From NCBI GenBank assembly GCA_963717525.1, contig OY970343.1, positions 864,001-928,000 on the forward strand: a stretch of DNA of 64,000 nt. Reading direction: 5' to 3'. The stretch is from an uncultured Methanoregulaceae archaeon (GTDB taxonomy: Archaea; Halobacteriota; Methanomicrobia; Methanomicrobiales; Methanospirillaceae). The notes under the pieces are model-generated. The model saw only the letters and a list, made by a program, of their open reading frames with translations, had not been told where the DNA came from and searched no databases. The position numbers and the translations under genes are program-made. Shown piece by piece: positions 31,501-43,634 of the stretch (its first letter is position 1; the number at the start of each line of letters is the position of its first letter).

Positions 31501-34500
31501 CGATGGCGCAAGCTCAAGTACCCGATCGAAAGATTCGATGGCTTCATCGTTTTTATTGAGCGCAGCAAGAGCCCTCCCCCGCTCCAGGTACGCTCCGGTA
31601 TCTTCCGGCCGATGGTCTATTGCATGGTCAAATGCTGCAACCGCCCCCTCGTAATGGCCCGAATGCATCAGCGCCCCGCCTTTTTTAACCCAGATCTCAG
31701 GGAGTGCCGGGTTGAGGGCAAGGGCGGCATCGAAGGCCATATCAGCATCATCATACCGTTCGAGTGCAAGAAGTGAGAGACCACGGAGGAATGCAGGTTC
31801 GTAATTATCAGTAATCTGGGTGAACGCAAGCCGGAATATTTCCTGCGCCTCATCATGCCGTCCGAGCGAGGCCAATGCCTTTGCCTTCTCAAAGAGGATC
31901 TCACCGTTCTCGGGTTCTCTCCCAAGTGCGATGTCGAAGAGATGGATTGCATCCTCAAATTGCCCAAGCCGGGACCATGCCTTTCCATCAGTAAAGAGCA
32001 GGGGGAGGTCGTGGGGGTCGATCTGACGGGCCTTCTCAAACGCCTGAACTGCATCATCATCTCTGCCCAGGCGCTCGGAGGAAAGGCCGCGGTGGTACCA
32101 GGCTCCGAAGTGATCCGGCTTCAATGCAACCATCCGGTCATATGCCGCGATTGCATCGGTAAACCGGCCGAGGCGTTCGAGCGCAAGACCAAGATAACAG
32201 GCAGCATCCCCAAACCCGGAGTCAAGCGCGAGGACACGGTCAAGCGAGGAGGCCGCCTCTTCGTCGCGTCCGAGTTCGAGAAGCGCACGGCCTTTCTCGT
32301 AATGCGCATCCGGTTTTGTATCGTCGCGGTCGAGGGCATCCGAGAATGCAGTGACCGCATCATCATACTTCCCGAGACGAGCAAGTGCCACTCCCTTTTC
32401 GTACCAGGAAGGGTAACAGCTCTTGTCTATAGCGAGGGAATGGTCAAAGGCATCAACCGCTTCGTCATAATGCCGTAACCGGGAGTGCGCATAGCCTTTG
32501 GCAAACCATGCCTCATAGTTTGCCGGGTCCAACCTGATTGCAGCATCGAACGCGTTAACGGCGTCCCCAAACTTTTTCAGGTTTGTAAGAGCGAGTCCCT
32601 TGTTGAGGAATGCCGGGACATTCGTGGCATCGATGGCGATCGCGGCATCGAATGCCGTAACAGCCTCCTTATTCTTTGCAAGCCGGGCCAGTGCGAGGCC
32701 CTTTTCGAAATGTGCGGCAGAAAAATTCGGGTCAAGTGAGGAGGCCATCTCGAATGCCTCGATAGCCTGCCGGTCCCGGCTGAGGTGAGCAAGTGCATTT
32801 CCCTTGTCGTAATAAGCGCTTGTATATTTCGGGTTGATGGAAAGGGCCCGGTCATAGGAGGGGATTGCCTCTTCGAACCTTCCAAGGCCTGCAAGCGCAA
32901 CGGCCCGGTCATACCACCCGTTGGCATTTTCGGGCCGGAGTTCGAGGGCTTTGGTGAGCGCTTCGATGGCTGTCTTGAGATCCCCGTTCGAGAGAAGTAC
33001 GCTGCCTTTTCTGAACCAGGCTGCCGTGCAGTCAGAATCTGCGGCAATGACCCGGTCAAAGCACTGGATCGCGTCAGGATACTTGTGTAACCCGGCAAAA
33101 GTCTTCCCTTTCCGGTACCATGCCGTGCTGTTCTCCGGCGTCAGTGCGAGTGCGCGATCGAACGATTCGAGCGCATCCTCCAACCGATCCTGGTCAAGAA
33201 GCACGCTTCCCTTGAGAAGCCAGACATCAGAGACGTTGTTTTCCAGAGCAAGGGATTCTTCGAGAACAGCAAGGGCCTCTTCGGGCCGGGCAAGTTTTGC
33301 AAGCATCCTCCCTTTATGGTAGAGCACTTCCGCGTTCTGCGGCTCCGTTTCGAGAATCTTGTCAAATGCGGAAAGCGCTGGTGTATACCGGCTGCAGCCC
33401 GGCATAGGCAAGACCGGTGTGGAACAAGGCATCTGTTATAGAGGGATCGTGTTCGAGTGCGTGTTTGAAGGAGCGTATCGCTTTTTCATACCTGCCAAGG
33501 GCAAACAGGGCCAGTCCCCGCTGGTAGTGCGCATACGCATGTTCAGGCATGAACTGGATTGCCCGATCGAACGCCTCAATCGCCCCGGCATAATTTTTCA
33601 GCCGCAAAAGCGCAAGCCCTTTCTTATACGCTGCTTCCGGGTAGGACGGTTCGAGACCGAGGACAAGGTCGTATGCGCGAATCGCCTCTTCGTCATTTCC
33701 CAAAAGCGATAATGCTTCCCCTTTGGAGAACGCGGCATCCACGGATTTTGGATCGAGCAGCAGTGCCTGATCAAAGGCAGAAACGGCCCCGGCCCCGTCT
33801 TTTTCGGTAAGCAGCACCCCGCCTTTTGCAAGCCATATGAAAACGTTCTCCGGTTCAAGGGCGAGCGCCCTGTTGAGTGCATCGAGCGCCTTTGTGTGCT
33901 CACCCGTCTCCATAAGGGCCCTGCCCCGGTAATACTGGATGACAGAGGTTTCCGGGCCAAGGGTCAGTGCGAGATCAAAGATCCCGGCTGCATCCATGTA
34001 CCGTCCCAGCATGAAAGAGGCAAGCGCCTTCCGGAACGCGTAATCCTGCTTGGCAGGAGCGAGATCCAATGCCCGCCCAAACGCTGGAAGTGACTCGTCA
34101 AAGAGTTCCCGTTCGAAAAGCACCAGCCCTTTTTGGTACCATGCTGCCGCACACTCTCCGTCCAAGGCAATCGCTTGTTCAAACGATTCCTGCGCCTCAT
34201 TGTGAAGCGCCATGTGCGAGTACGCGATGCCCTTGAAGTACCACGCTGCTGCATTTTTCCCCTCCAGGGCGATCAGTTTGTCAAATATCGCGATGCCCTC
34301 ATCCCAACGCTCATTGTGGAGGAGGGATTTGCCCCGGTGCATCAGGATGAAGGCATTCTTTGGCTCACGCTTCTGTGCCTTTGCAAAGGATTCTGCGGCC
34401 TCTTTGAACCGGTTGAGCCGGTATAAAGCATATCCTTTGCAGGCATAGATCTGTGCATTTCCCGCGTCAAATTCAAGGGCACGGTCGAGCGCGATTACGG

Positions 34501-37500
34501 CATCCTCGTACCGGGCAAGGTGGACGAGCGCGGTGCCCATAACAAAATGGGCAATTACGTTTTCGGGGTCGAGCGTGATAACGCGATCGAGAATTGCGAC
34601 AGACTCTTCATACCGCTGGAGGTTGGCAAGGGACTGTCCCTTTTTGACCATCGCACCAGTATGGTTATTTTCCAGTTCGAGCGCACGGTCAAATGAAGAG
34701 ATCGCCTCTTCGTACCTGGTGAGAGCAAAGTACGCGCAGCCCTTCTCGTACAGGATGGGGGCACTCTTCAGGCCGAGACCGAGGTACCGGTCAAAGATTT
34801 CTATGGCATTCTCGTATTTCTCCAGCCGGGCCAGTACAGTCCCGGCCTGCTCCAGCGCATCGGCGTTCTCAGGGTTTATCCTGAGGGTTTTTGCAAAGGC
34901 TTCGATCGCTTTATCGTCGCGGTGGAGTTCGATATAGGCAAGGCCGAGATGATAGAAATTGTCAGCAGCTGCCGGGTCTGCACCGGTTGCCTCTTCGAAT
35001 GCCACCGCTGCTTCCCGGTACCGTTTCAGGGATTCGAGCGCATGGCCTTTTGCCGAGAGGATGCCGGCATCGCTGGGCGTAATCGCAAGAGCGTTGTCAA
35101 ATGCAGATACTGCATCCTCGTATCTCCCCAGAGAAGTAAGAGCCTGTCCCTTGTGGAAGTATGCCGGCGGATAATTCGTGACGAGACCGAGAACGCGATC
35201 AAATGCCGCGACTGCCTCATCGTAACGCTGGAGTTCCATCAGGTTGAGTCCCAGGTCAAACCAGGCATGCGTATTAGTGCTATCGAGTTCGAGCGAACGG
35301 GAGAGGGCCGGCACGGCATCCGCGCACCGCCGCAGGGCCGATAAAGCAACGCCCTTGTAATACCATGCCTCGGCAAAATCAGGCTGGATCCCCAGTGCTA
35401 AATCCGAAGCCTGGATTGATTCCTCGTCCTGTCCCAGACTGTGCAGTGCTATAGCTTTGTTGAGCGCAGACTCTGCGCTTTTTGGATCATATATGAGTGC
35501 TTTTTCAAAGGAGAGGATTGCCTCCGTATACATACCCTGCGCCGCGAGGGCTACACCCCGGAGATGGTGCGTGGAAGCATGGCCCGGTTCGAGAGCCAGG
35601 GCCCGGTCAAAGGCCTGGATCGCGTCACTGTACCGTTCGAGTTTTAAGAGGGCCGCCCCGCGATGGTACACCGCTTTTTCGAGATGCGAATCGATGTGTT
35701 CAGCAAGGCCCAGTGACTCGATCGCGTCATCATACCGGCCCAGTTCATACAACGCGAGGCCTTTGTAATGCAGTGCATCAGCAGAGGAGGGGTTTAATCT
35801 GAGTGCATGGTTGCAGGCATCGATCACCTCGGTGTAATCGCCAAGGTTAAAATGTGCATGCCCTTTCAGGATCCACGCATCGGCATTATCGGGGTGCTCG
35901 AGAAGGACTTTTTTGAAATCCTTGACGGCATCGCGGAACCTGCCCAGTATCGTTAGAGCCTCCCCCTTGTGGATCCGTGCCTGGACACAGTCGGGCTTGG
36001 CAGCAAGCGCTGTATCATAGGAGAGGATCGCGTCCTCATGCCTGCCAAGGCCATCGAGAGCCCGGCCTTTCTGGTAATGGAGCTGCGCATTCTTCGGCTC
36101 GCCGGAGAGCGCACGATCAATTGCTTCGATGGCCTCCCGGTACCTTCCCAGATGTGAAAGGATCAGCCCCCGGTACCTCCATGCCTCGACAAAGTCCTGA
36201 CGGATCTCCGTCGCCTTTCCTGCTGCCGTCAGCGCATCCTCGTCCTGTCCCAGGTTGTGCAGGGACATGGCCTTGTTGAGCGCAGATTCGGCACTCTTAG
36301 GATCGCATTCGAGAGCACGATCATATGCGTCGATGGAGTCCTGGTACAACCCCTGGGCAGCAAGCGCAACGCCCCTGAGGTGGTGCGCAGGCGCATACTT
36401 GGGCATGAGGATGAGGGCAGCATCGAAGGCCTGCACGGCCTCGCGGTAGCGCTCCAGTTTCAGGAGCGAAGCGCCGCGATGGTAGATGGCATGGTCGAGA
36501 TGAGGGTCACTCTCAAGAGCCTGGTCAAAGGAGAGGATCGCCTCTTCGTACCGCCCTAGCTCGTAGAGCGCAAGACCCTTGTGGTAGTGTGCCTCAGGAT
36601 AGTTCGATTCCACTTCGAGTGCGTGGTCGTATGCTTCGATTGCCTCGATGTAACTGCCGGAGTCAAAGAGGGCCCGGCCTTTCTGGTACCATGCGTGAAA
36701 GTTATGGGGATTTTCTGCGATGGTCCGGTCGAAATCCCGGATGGCCTCGGCAAACCGACCCAGACTGAAGAGTGAAATGCCTTTGCGCATCCGCGCCTCG
36801 GAATACCGGGGTTTGAGAGCGAGCGTCTTCTCAAAGGCCGCGACTGCTTCCTGGTGCCGGCCAAGGCCGTCCAGCGCCCGGCCTTTCTGGAAATAAACCA
36901 GCGCATTCTCCGGGTCATAGATCAATGCCCGGTCAAATGCTTCGAGTGCCTCCTGATACCGCCCGAGCTTGGAGAGTGCAACCCCCTTGAAGTAGTATCC
37001 CGGCGAGTTGCTCGTATCCTTCTCAAGATTCTTTTCAAATGCGTCAATAGCTTCCTGGAATCGCCCGAGCTTGGAGAGTGCAACGCCCTTAGAGTAAAAG
37101 ACCTCGGTATATGCCGGCTCTTTCTCAAGTGCCCGGTCGAACGCGGTTATTGCATCCTGGTACTTCCCAAGGTCAAGGAGCATCTTCCCCTTGTTGTACC
37201 ATGCGGGAGAAAATGATTCCCGGATCCTGAGTGCTGCTTCAAAGGAGGTGAGCGCATCTTTTGGCCGGCCGGAGTTTGCAAGGGCAAGACCCATGTGGAA
37301 ATGTGCTTCGCTATTATTCGCATCTATCTCAAGAAGGACCTCGAAAACCTGGAGTGCCTCCTCTACCCGGTTGATCTTTTCAAGGGCAAAGCCCTTGTAC
37401 AGGAAGGCACCAGTGCTCCGCTGATTCAGGGTAATCGCGTTATCGAATGCATCAATAGCATCCTGGTACCTCCCCAGATCAAAAAGGGCCCTGCCGTCTT

Positions 37501-40500
37501 TGATCCAGCCCTCTTCCTGGTCAGGATCCAGCCTGAGGGCCTCTGCATACGCATCCGCTGCATCTCCGGTCCGTCCCAGTATATTGAGGGCATCTCCTTT
37601 GTGCATCCAGATCTCGCCTAGCCCGGAATTGATCTCAAGGGCTTTACTGAATGCTGCTATGGCATCGGGAATCTTGCCAAGATCCGAGAGCAGGACTCCT
37701 TTCCTTGCCCACGCATCCGCGTTGGCCGGGTTAATCTCGAGGACCCGGGTGTAGACTGCGAGTGCGTCCTGTTTTTTTACGAGGTGTTCAAGTGCAATCC
37801 CTTTCTGCATCCAGATCCCGACAAGATTCGGGTTTAAGGACAGAATGCGATCGAAGGTATCGACTGCATCGGCGTACCGCTGGAGCACGAGGAGGGATTC
37901 GCCGCGGCAGAGGAGCGCTTCCATCTGCGAGGGGTTTGCGGCTAGACTGCGGTTGAGCGCAGCTACAGCCTCGTCGTGACGTCCGAGCCGGGCCAGGGCA
38001 ATGCCAAGGTACATGAACGCATCGGTCAGCGAGGGGTTCATCTGGATTGCCGTATTGAGCGCAGCTGACAGCCTCGTCGTACCTGTGGGACTGCAGGAAA
38101 GCGACACCCTGGTAATAGTGCGTGGCGGCATTGGTGGTATCAAGAGCAAGGGCGTCGGAAAAAGCCCGGATGGCGTCATCATACCGGTCACATTCGATCA
38201 GCGAGATCCCCCTGTAGTGGTGGGCGAGGGCATTGGCCGGGTTGTATTCGAGAGACCGCTCGAACGCTACGATGGCCTCATCGAACCGTTCCCTCCCCGC
38301 GTATGCGATGCCGAGATAATAGAGCGCCTGTGCGTTCCCCGGTTCGAGTATGAGCAGCCGTTCGAAAGTCTTTATCGCATCATCGTATCGTTCGCGCTGG
38401 GCAAGTGCAATCCCCTTCTGGTACAGGGTCTTTGGATTGCCGGGCTCGATCTCGAGAGCCTGATCGTAGGAGATGATTGCCTCCAGCTGCTTGCCAAGCC
38501 GGGCAAGGGCATTGCCTTTCTCAAAGAACGCTCGGGCGCACCGCCGGTTAATCTCGAGCACTCGCTCGAACGCCCGTACTGCCTCCTCAAAACGGGAGAG
38601 CTCCGCAAAGGAGATACCCTTGTAATACCATGCCCGGTCATCCCGTGGGGCGTCCTCAAGGGCACGGTTGAGGTTGGTGATCGCATCCTCGAACCTGCCC
38701 AGGGTGACAAGTGCAATCCCTTTGCAGACAAGGGCATGCGTATTTTTCGGGTTCAGACCGATGACCCGGTCAAAGGCCTCAATCGCCTTCGGGGCTGCAC
38801 TCAGCCGGGCATAGCAAATCCCGGCAGAGAGCCAGGCGTCGGTAAGGCCCGGATCCTGCTCAACGGCCATTTCAAAGGTAGTGACCGCATCCTTCCAGCG
38901 TAAAAGCTGCATGAGCGCCAGCCCTTTTTCATAGAGGGCTGAGGTATTCTGCGGCGAGAGGGTAAGCACCGCATCATAGGCAGCCGCAGCGTCAGAATAC
39001 CGTTCCTGCTTAAAGAGCACGGTCCCCCGGTTGTATAACGCGAGAGTATGGGTGGGATCGATTGCCACAGCACGGTCAAATGCGAGGAGCGCCTCATCAA
39101 GCATCCCCTGCTTTTCAAGAGCGATACCCTTGCTGTAGTACGCGTTGACATAGTTGGGGTAGATCCCGATCGCCTGATCGAATGCTTCGATCGCAGGCTC
39201 GAACCGGTCTGCCTTCAGAAGCGCACTGCCCTTGTCGTAATATGCCTGCGCATTATCGGGTTTTAAGGCAATGCTCTTATTGAACGCATCCAGCGCCTCA
39301 TCAAGCCTGCCGATCTTGACGAGGATCTGGCCTTTCTGGTGGTACGCCTGTGCATTGCCGGGGTTTTCGTTCAAAGCCCGTTCAAATTCCAGCAGTGCAT
39401 CTTCACTGTTTCCAAGTTTGGCAAGAGCAAATCCCTTGTGGTAGATCGCATCAGAATAATCAGGCCGGATCTTCAGCGCACGGTTGTACGCGGCAACGGA
39501 ATCACCAAAACGCCCGAGGCTTGCAAAGGCAAGACCGATCTGGTAGGCAGCCGAAGCGCACCCGGAATCGATGGTGAGTGTTTGTTCAAAGGCCCCGATC
39601 GCCTCTTCCTGCCGGCCAAGCCGGGATAAAACAATGCCCCGGAAATACGACGCCCCGGCATTGTCGCCCCGGGTCGCCAGGATCCGGTCAAACGCCCCGA
39701 GCGCCTCGTCGTACCTGCTCAGGTGGATACAAGAGACCCCCCGGCTGTACGCGGCATCGGCATTCTCCGGCTCGGCTGCAAGCGCCCGGTCAAAATCCGC
39801 TACTGCCTCGCGGAAACGGCCGAGGTGCTGGTTGGCCTTGCCCCGGAAAAAGTAGATCCTGCTATTCTGCGGTGCGAGCTCCGCCGCCTTATCGAGCGCG
39901 TACGCGGCGTCCTGGTACCGCTCCATCTCATACAGGGAGAATCCTTTGTAGAGCCAGGCATCCGGTGCGAGGGGGTTCTGTTCTATGGCATGATCGAACG
40001 ATGCCACAGCATCGCCATACCTTTTGATCTTGTATTGGGCAGTCCCGCGTATCACCCATATGTCTGCATGATCGGGCTCGGAGGCAAGGAAGGTCCCGGT
40101 GGCCTCCGCTGCTTCAGCGTACCGTTCCTGTTTGACAAGGATGAACGAGCGGTAATACCAGACCCAGGGATCAGAAGGATCGAGGGCATGGGCCTGTTCG
40201 AAGGCTCCAAGAGCCTCTTCATACCTCCCGATTTCGTACAGGGAGATCCCCATGTTGTAAAATGCCTTTGCATACTCAGGGATGATCTCGATTGCCTTCC
40301 CGTATGCGAGAATGGCTTCCTCGTGTCTGCCGAGATCTGCAAGAGCGATCCCCTTGTTATAATAGACCTTTGCATGGCTGGGATCGATTGTAAGCGCATG
40401 GTCGTAAGCCGATATTGCGTCCTGGTACCTGCCAAGTTCATAGAATGATATGCCCTTCAGTATCCACGCCTCTGCATTGTCGAATTTAAGAGCGATAAGC

Positions 40501-40796
40501 CGGTCGCAGGCTTCGAGAGCCTCCCTGTTCCTGCCGATCTGCGCTAATGTTGCAGCCTTATTGTACCATGCGTTGATATCGGAGGGGTCAAGCGTAAGTG
40601 CATAGTCGTAAGAGTCAATAGCTGCTTCGTAACGGCCGAGATCGTACAGGGCGATGCCCTTAAAATAATGGGCCTTGGGCAGTTTGGGAAAGAGGGTAAG
40701 CGCCCGGTCAAACATGACCACAGCTTCCTGGTGCCTGCCGAGATCATACAATTCGATACCCTGCCGCATCAGTGCTTCAGCATCACTCCTGCTCAT
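28555..40796 (-). CDS. Giant tetratricopeptide-repeat protein, ~4,079 aa (two apparent +1 frameshifts, ~38068 and ~33394)
   Basis: Three overlapping ORFs (1002, 1609, 1625 aa) of continuous 34-aa repeats (AW..KG.AL..LGR..EA...FD.AL...P); repeat register continues across both junctions after removing one base each. Confidence 0.9.
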
Positions 40797-41218
40797 GGAT
40801 TGTTGTCGCCCCTCAGGTTAGATTTTTATATCGTTTTTGTGTGGCTTGAAAGTATATACGCGTGGGAAAATGCGGCATATACTCTTTCTGGTATTTATAT
40901 GTACATCACTATTTATGAATGCTATTTTTATAGCCTATTAGTTTGCGATGGATACCTTCAACCGGATACTTTTATCGGCAGAGGGAGCCGACGACTCCGC
41001 ACAGTCTTTCGATTCCTTCGTTAATTCTCATGGTACCGGTATCGGAAGGTACGGTCCGAGGACATCCGGCATACCAAGAGAAGAGGTGTCAAGGAGCGCC
41101 TTGTCAGAGAAAACATTTCCGGGATTTTTTAAAACAATTCACAACATAAGAACTGGAGCTCTTAAGATTTTTGGTATGATAGCAAACATTTTTTGATGAA
41201 CGCGTTGATCTTGTTTTC

Positions 41219-41641
41219 ATGAGTGCGTATTCGGGACTCGAACTTTCTCCCAAAAAAGTAGAATATATAAAATTCCTTGATGGGAAAAACGGTCCTATAA
41301 AGACTAATGACATAGCCACCGGTTTTGGTGTAGACCCGTCAACTATCACAAAAATGATGAGCGAACTTGCAGATGAGGGACTCCTGGATTACATACCCTA
41401 TCACGGGGTCTCCCTTTCGGCAAAAGGAAAAATCACGGCAGAATTCCTGGTAAAAAGACACCGGATACTTGCCCTGGCGCTGACGCATTTTGGTCTCTCG
41501 CATGAACAAGCCTGTCAAGAAGTATCAAGGTTTGAGAGTTTTGTTTCCAAGGAGACAATCGATCAGATGTGCCGGGCCATGGGGCACCCGAACAAAGGTA
41601 TCTGCGGAAATATTACGCATAACGACGGGTGCCTTGAATAA
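41219..41641 (+). CDS. DtxR/MntR-family metal-dependent transcriptional regulator
   Basis: EYIKFL, DIA..GVDPSTIT HTH, YIPYHGVSLS, KRHRIL, FES, GHP..C. Confidence 0.9.
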   Translation: MSAYSGLELSPKKVEYIKFLDGKNGPIKTNDIATGFGVDPSTITKMMSELADEGLLDYIPYHGVSLSAKGKITAEFLVKRHRILALALTHFGLSHEQACQEVSRFESFVSKETIDQMCRAMGHPNKGICGNITHNDGCLE

Positions 41642-41692
41642 TATTTCATAAAACCACAAAGTGTTTTACCCTCATTTTCCCGGGAGATTTAT

Positions 41693-41722
41693 TTTTGGAT
41701 AAAATTTGGGCATTATCCAAAA
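41693..41722. promoter_or_regulatory. Candidate DtxR-type operator
   Basis: Perfect inverted repeat TTTTGGATAA-N10-TTATCCAAAA between the regulator and the transporter genes. Confidence 0.5.
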
Positions 41723-41867
41723 TTCTCACAACTATTATATGCACATCCTGCGAAGAAGATTGCAGAATAGACGTACGGTGCAACGGAAAGAATTGTAATC
41801 CGAATGTCAGATGCTACAGGACGGATCATATGTGGCATCAGATGATATAAAGGGAGATAAAAAAATT

Positions 41868-42821
41868 ATGAAATCGGGAACGTACATCGCTATTTGTGGT
41901 ATCGTTGTTGTCCTCATTGCTGTTATTGCCATTATCGTGACTGATGGCTCGCATTCGAATCCGGTTGTTACCAATTCCTCTTCTCTAGTCAACAATACTC
42001 CAAAAATCATACAGATTGTCGCCGCTGAAAATTTCTGGGGCAGCCTGGTATCGCAGATTGGCGGGACGCATGTTCAGGTGCTGAGTATAGTTTCAGATCC
42101 CAATGCAGATCCCCATGAATATGAAAGCAATACAGCGAATGCCCGGGCATTTGCAACGGCAGACTATATCGTTGTCAACGGAGCCGGATATGATGAATGG
42201 GCTAACAAACTCATCAGTGCTGGCATCAAGCCGAATGCCCAAGTTTTGAATGTGGCCAATCTTATTGGACAACAGAACGGCGATAATCCTCATTTCTGGT
42301 ATAGTCCTGATTACGTTAACCAGACCACAAAACAGATGGAATTAGACCTTATTTCCATCGATCCGTCCAATGCAAAAGACTATGAGCAGAATTATGCCAA
42401 TCTGCAGGTATCGCTTTCCCAATATCAAAACCGGATCGGTGAGATCAAACAGCAATTCGGGGGCACGAAAGTTGCAGCCACCGAATCCATCTTTGAATAC
42501 CTGGCAAACGCTACCGGTCTTGATCTTGTCTCTCCGCCGGCATTTACTCACGCTGTAGCCGAAGGAAACGATCCACCAGCAAACAGTGTTGTCCAATTTG
42601 AAACGCAGCTCCAGAGCGATAATGTGAGTGTGCTGGTCTATAACCAGCAGACCGTTACGCCGCTTACGGATAACATGAAGAAACTGGCCTCAGAACAAGG
42701 GATCCCCGTTATTGGTATAACAGAGACTATCCAACCCCCCGATGTCTCATTCCAGGACTGGATGAATGCAGAATTAATCAGTCTTCAGAACGCGCTCAAT
42801 GCAAAAGCTCTGGGAAATTAA
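41868..42821 (+). CDS. Zn/Mn ABC transporter substrate-binding protein
   Basis: N-terminal TM anchor; DPHEYE, NGAGYD, DNPHFW. Confidence 0.92.
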   Translation: MKSGTYIAICGIVVVLIAVIAIIVTDGSHSNPVVTNSSSLVNNTPKIIQIVAAENFWGSLVSQIGGTHVQVLSIVSDPNADPHEYESNTANARAFATADYIVVNGAGYDEWANKLISAGIKPNAQVLNVANLIGQQNGDNPHFWYSPDYVNQTTKQMELDLISIDPSNAKDYEQNYANLQVSLSQYQNRIGEIKQQFGGTKVAATESIFEYLANATGLDLVSPPAFTHAVAEGNDPPANSVVQFETQLQSDNVSVLVYNQQTVTPLTDNMKKLASEQGIPVIGITETIQPPDVSFQDWMNAELISLQNALNAKALGN

Positions 42822-42824
42822 ACA

Positions 42825-43622
42825 ATGAAAGAAAACCTTCCCCCGATTATCACTGCAGAAAACCTGACCGCAGGATACCAGGAAAATACGGTCTGGCAGG
42901 ACGCTAGTTTCGCGATTGAACACGGCGAATTTGTGGCAATTATAGGCCCCAACGGATCGGGCAAGACAACCCTGTTTCGTTTGCTTCTCGGATTGCAACA
43001 ACCCGTACGAGGCAATATTCAAGTATTTGACGCCCGTCCCAAACGCGGTAACGAGCATATCGGATACGTGCCTCAAAGGCACGTAATTGATGCCGATACG
43101 ACTCTCGAATCCCTTGAACTGGTGCGGCTTGGATTTTCCGGTAATAAATGGGGGTTAAATCCATTTTCCCGGAATGATCACCAGGTCGCATCTGACGCAT
43201 TGAAAGCAGTAGGTGCAGAAGAGCTTGCGCATCGTTCTCTCGGGGGATTATCAGGTGGAGAATTACAGCGGGTGTTTCTTGCGGAAGCGCTGGTTAGTGA
43301 TCCCCATCTGTTATTGCTCGATGAACCGTTGTCAAATCTTGATATCAGGCGTGAGCAGGAATTGGTACAGGTTATCCATAATGTGGTTCGATCACGCGAT
43401 GTGACGGCCTTGCTTATCGCCCACAACATTAATCCTCTTCTACCGGTTCTCGATAAAGTAATCTATATCGCCAACGGCAGGGTTGCGATCGGGAAGCCGG
43501 ATGAAGTCCTGACTTCAGAGGCATTATCGGGATTATATGGGATCCAGGTCGAGGTACTGCGGGGTTCCCATGGTCAGATCGCTGTCATAGGGACTGAAGA
43601 AAACCAGCATCATTATGATTGA
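42825..43622 (+). CDS. Zn/Mn ABC transporter ATPase
   Basis: GPNGSGKT, GYVPQ, LSGGELQR, LLLDEP. Confidence 0.93.
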   Translation: MKENLPPIITAENLTAGYQENTVWQDASFAIEHGEFVAIIGPNGSGKTTLFRLLLGLQQPVRGNIQVFDARPKRGNEHIGYVPQRHVIDADTTLESLELVRLGFSGNKWGLNPFSRNDHQVASDALKAVGAEELAHRSLGGLSGGELQRVFLAEALVSDPHLLLLDEPLSNLDIRREQELVQVIHNVVRSRDVTALLIAHNINPLLPVLDKVIYIANGRVAIGKPDEVLTSEALSGLYGIQVEVLRGSHGQIAVIGTEENQHHYD

Positions 43623-43634
43623 ACCGGCGCTAGC

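Noticed and set aside
28555..40796. Programmed frameshifting or diversity-generating retroelement target in the TPR gene
   Set aside because: No slippery heptamer at the junctions, no reverse transcriptase or template/variable repeat pair, and similar indels occur in housekeeping genes.
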